Assembly (NCBI GenBank): GCA_965223155.1 | Contig: CBDCVR010000015.1 | Span: 1,216,001 to 1,280,000, forward strand | DNA from: Candidatus Multivoradales bacterium | Lineage (GTDB): Bacteria; Acidobacteriota; Thermoanaerobaculia; Multivoradales; JAHEKO01 | Direction: 5' to 3' | DNA length: 64,000 nt | Part shown: piece after piece, positions 63,247 to 64,000 of the stretch | Position numbering within the stretch: the stretch's first letter is position 1 | Layout: each line of letters opens with the position of its first letter | Made by a program: the position numbers and the translations under genes | Notes under the pieces: model-generated | The model's input: the letters and a program-made list of their open reading frames with translations, nothing else | Told to the model about the DNA's origin: nothing | Database searches by the model: none

Positions 63247-63280
63247 CGGAGCAGTGGAGCGGTGGAGCAGCGGAGCAGGG
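63241..63280. repeat. 5 x 8-bp degenerate tandem repeat
   Basis: GAGTAGCG GAGCAGTG GAGCGGTG GAGCAGCG GAGCAGGG. Confidence 0.8.
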
Positions 63281-63292
63281 CCGCGGCGGGCT

Positions 63293-64000
63293 CTACGGGC
63301 TCTGTCTTGGGCGCGTGTTGGCGATCAGAAACTGGCCGAGGCGGGAGTAGTACTCGATGCGTCTCGCCTCGTCGCGAAACGAGTGCGCCTCGTGCGGAAT
63401 TAGCATGAGCTCGACCGGTGTTCCTTGCTTCTTGAGCGCTTTGGCGAGCTTGGTGGCGTGCGCCACGTGGACTCGCTCATCGTCCTCTCCATGGGCGAGG
63501 AAGACCGGCGAGCGGATGAGACCAGCTCGCAACAGCGGAGAGGTTTGGTGAAGGCGCGCGCGATCCTTCGAGGTCTTACCGACGAGGGGCGCGTTCTGGT
63601 CCGAAAACATGTAGCCACGATCGTGCTTCAGCATCATCACGAGATCTGTCGGAGCGGCGTAGGCTCCAGCGCATCGAAACCGCTTGGGCGTCTTGACCAG
63701 ACCCATGAGCGCCGCATAGCCACCGTAGCTCGCGCCGTAGATGCAGACGCGATCGGGATCGACGAGCCCGGCCTCCACCAGCCACTCCACGCTGTCGGTG
63801 AGATCGTCTTGCATGGCTAGGCCCCACTCCTGAAAGCCGGCCGCTAGGAACTCGGAGCCGTAACCGGTCGAACCTCGGAAATTGGGTTGGAGGACCACGA
63901 ACCCCAGCGACGCGAAGTACTGGACGACGAGATCAAAGCTGCGGTAATCGCGCGCGCTGGGCCCGCCGTGCGGGTAGATGATGGCGGGTGGCTTCTGGTC
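63293..64000 (-). CDS. S9 family serine peptidase (5' end outside the window)
   Basis: YPHGGP, QPNFRGS.GYG, nucleophile GASYGG, HGEDDERV, EAHSF. Confidence 0.92.
   Translation of the reverse strand, partial: DQKPPAIIYPHGGPSARDYRSFDLVVQYFASLGFVVLQPNFRGSTGYGSEFLAAGFQEWGLAMQDDLTDSVEWLVEAGLVDPDRVCIYGASYGGYAALMGLVKTPKRFRCAGAYAAPTDLVMMLKHDRGYMFSDQNAPLVGKTSKDRARLHQTSPLLRAGLIRSPVFLAHGEDDERVHVAHATKLAKALKKQGTPVELMLIPHEAHSFRDEARRIEYYSRLGQFLIANTRPRQSP

Overview
GC-rich bacterial chromosomal window (roughly 68-70% GC by eye). The gene content suggests a diderm such as Acidobacteriota, but this is inference only. It is mostly core and metabolic genes. In order: a membrane protein / winged-helix regulator / cis-prenyltransferase module; a cupin; an exported M16 peptidase pair; a TonB-dependent receptor; a TPR protein; a Zn-dehydrogenase; speB; a type-2 valS; pfk; a glyoxylate-shunt pair (malate synthase plus long ICL2-type isocitrate lyase) with an XRE regulator; an FGGY kinase and GDPD; a membrane diguanylate cyclase; trkAH with a 280-bp MITE-like element at the trkH stop codon; a second TonB-dependent receptor; four tRNAs; a chemosensory cluster (cheA-cheW-MCP-HEAT-cheR-cheB, with a divergent receiver-GAF-DUF4388/MshEN-like operon); a cobalamin riboswitch with btuBFDC; a complete F1Fo operon whose alpha subunit has a ~70-aa insertion; and a truncated S9 peptidase. 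No CRISPR array, rRNA, transposase or integrase was seen. All calls come from reading motifs by eye, and no database searches were run. Start codons were sometimes moved downstream of the ORF-track start.
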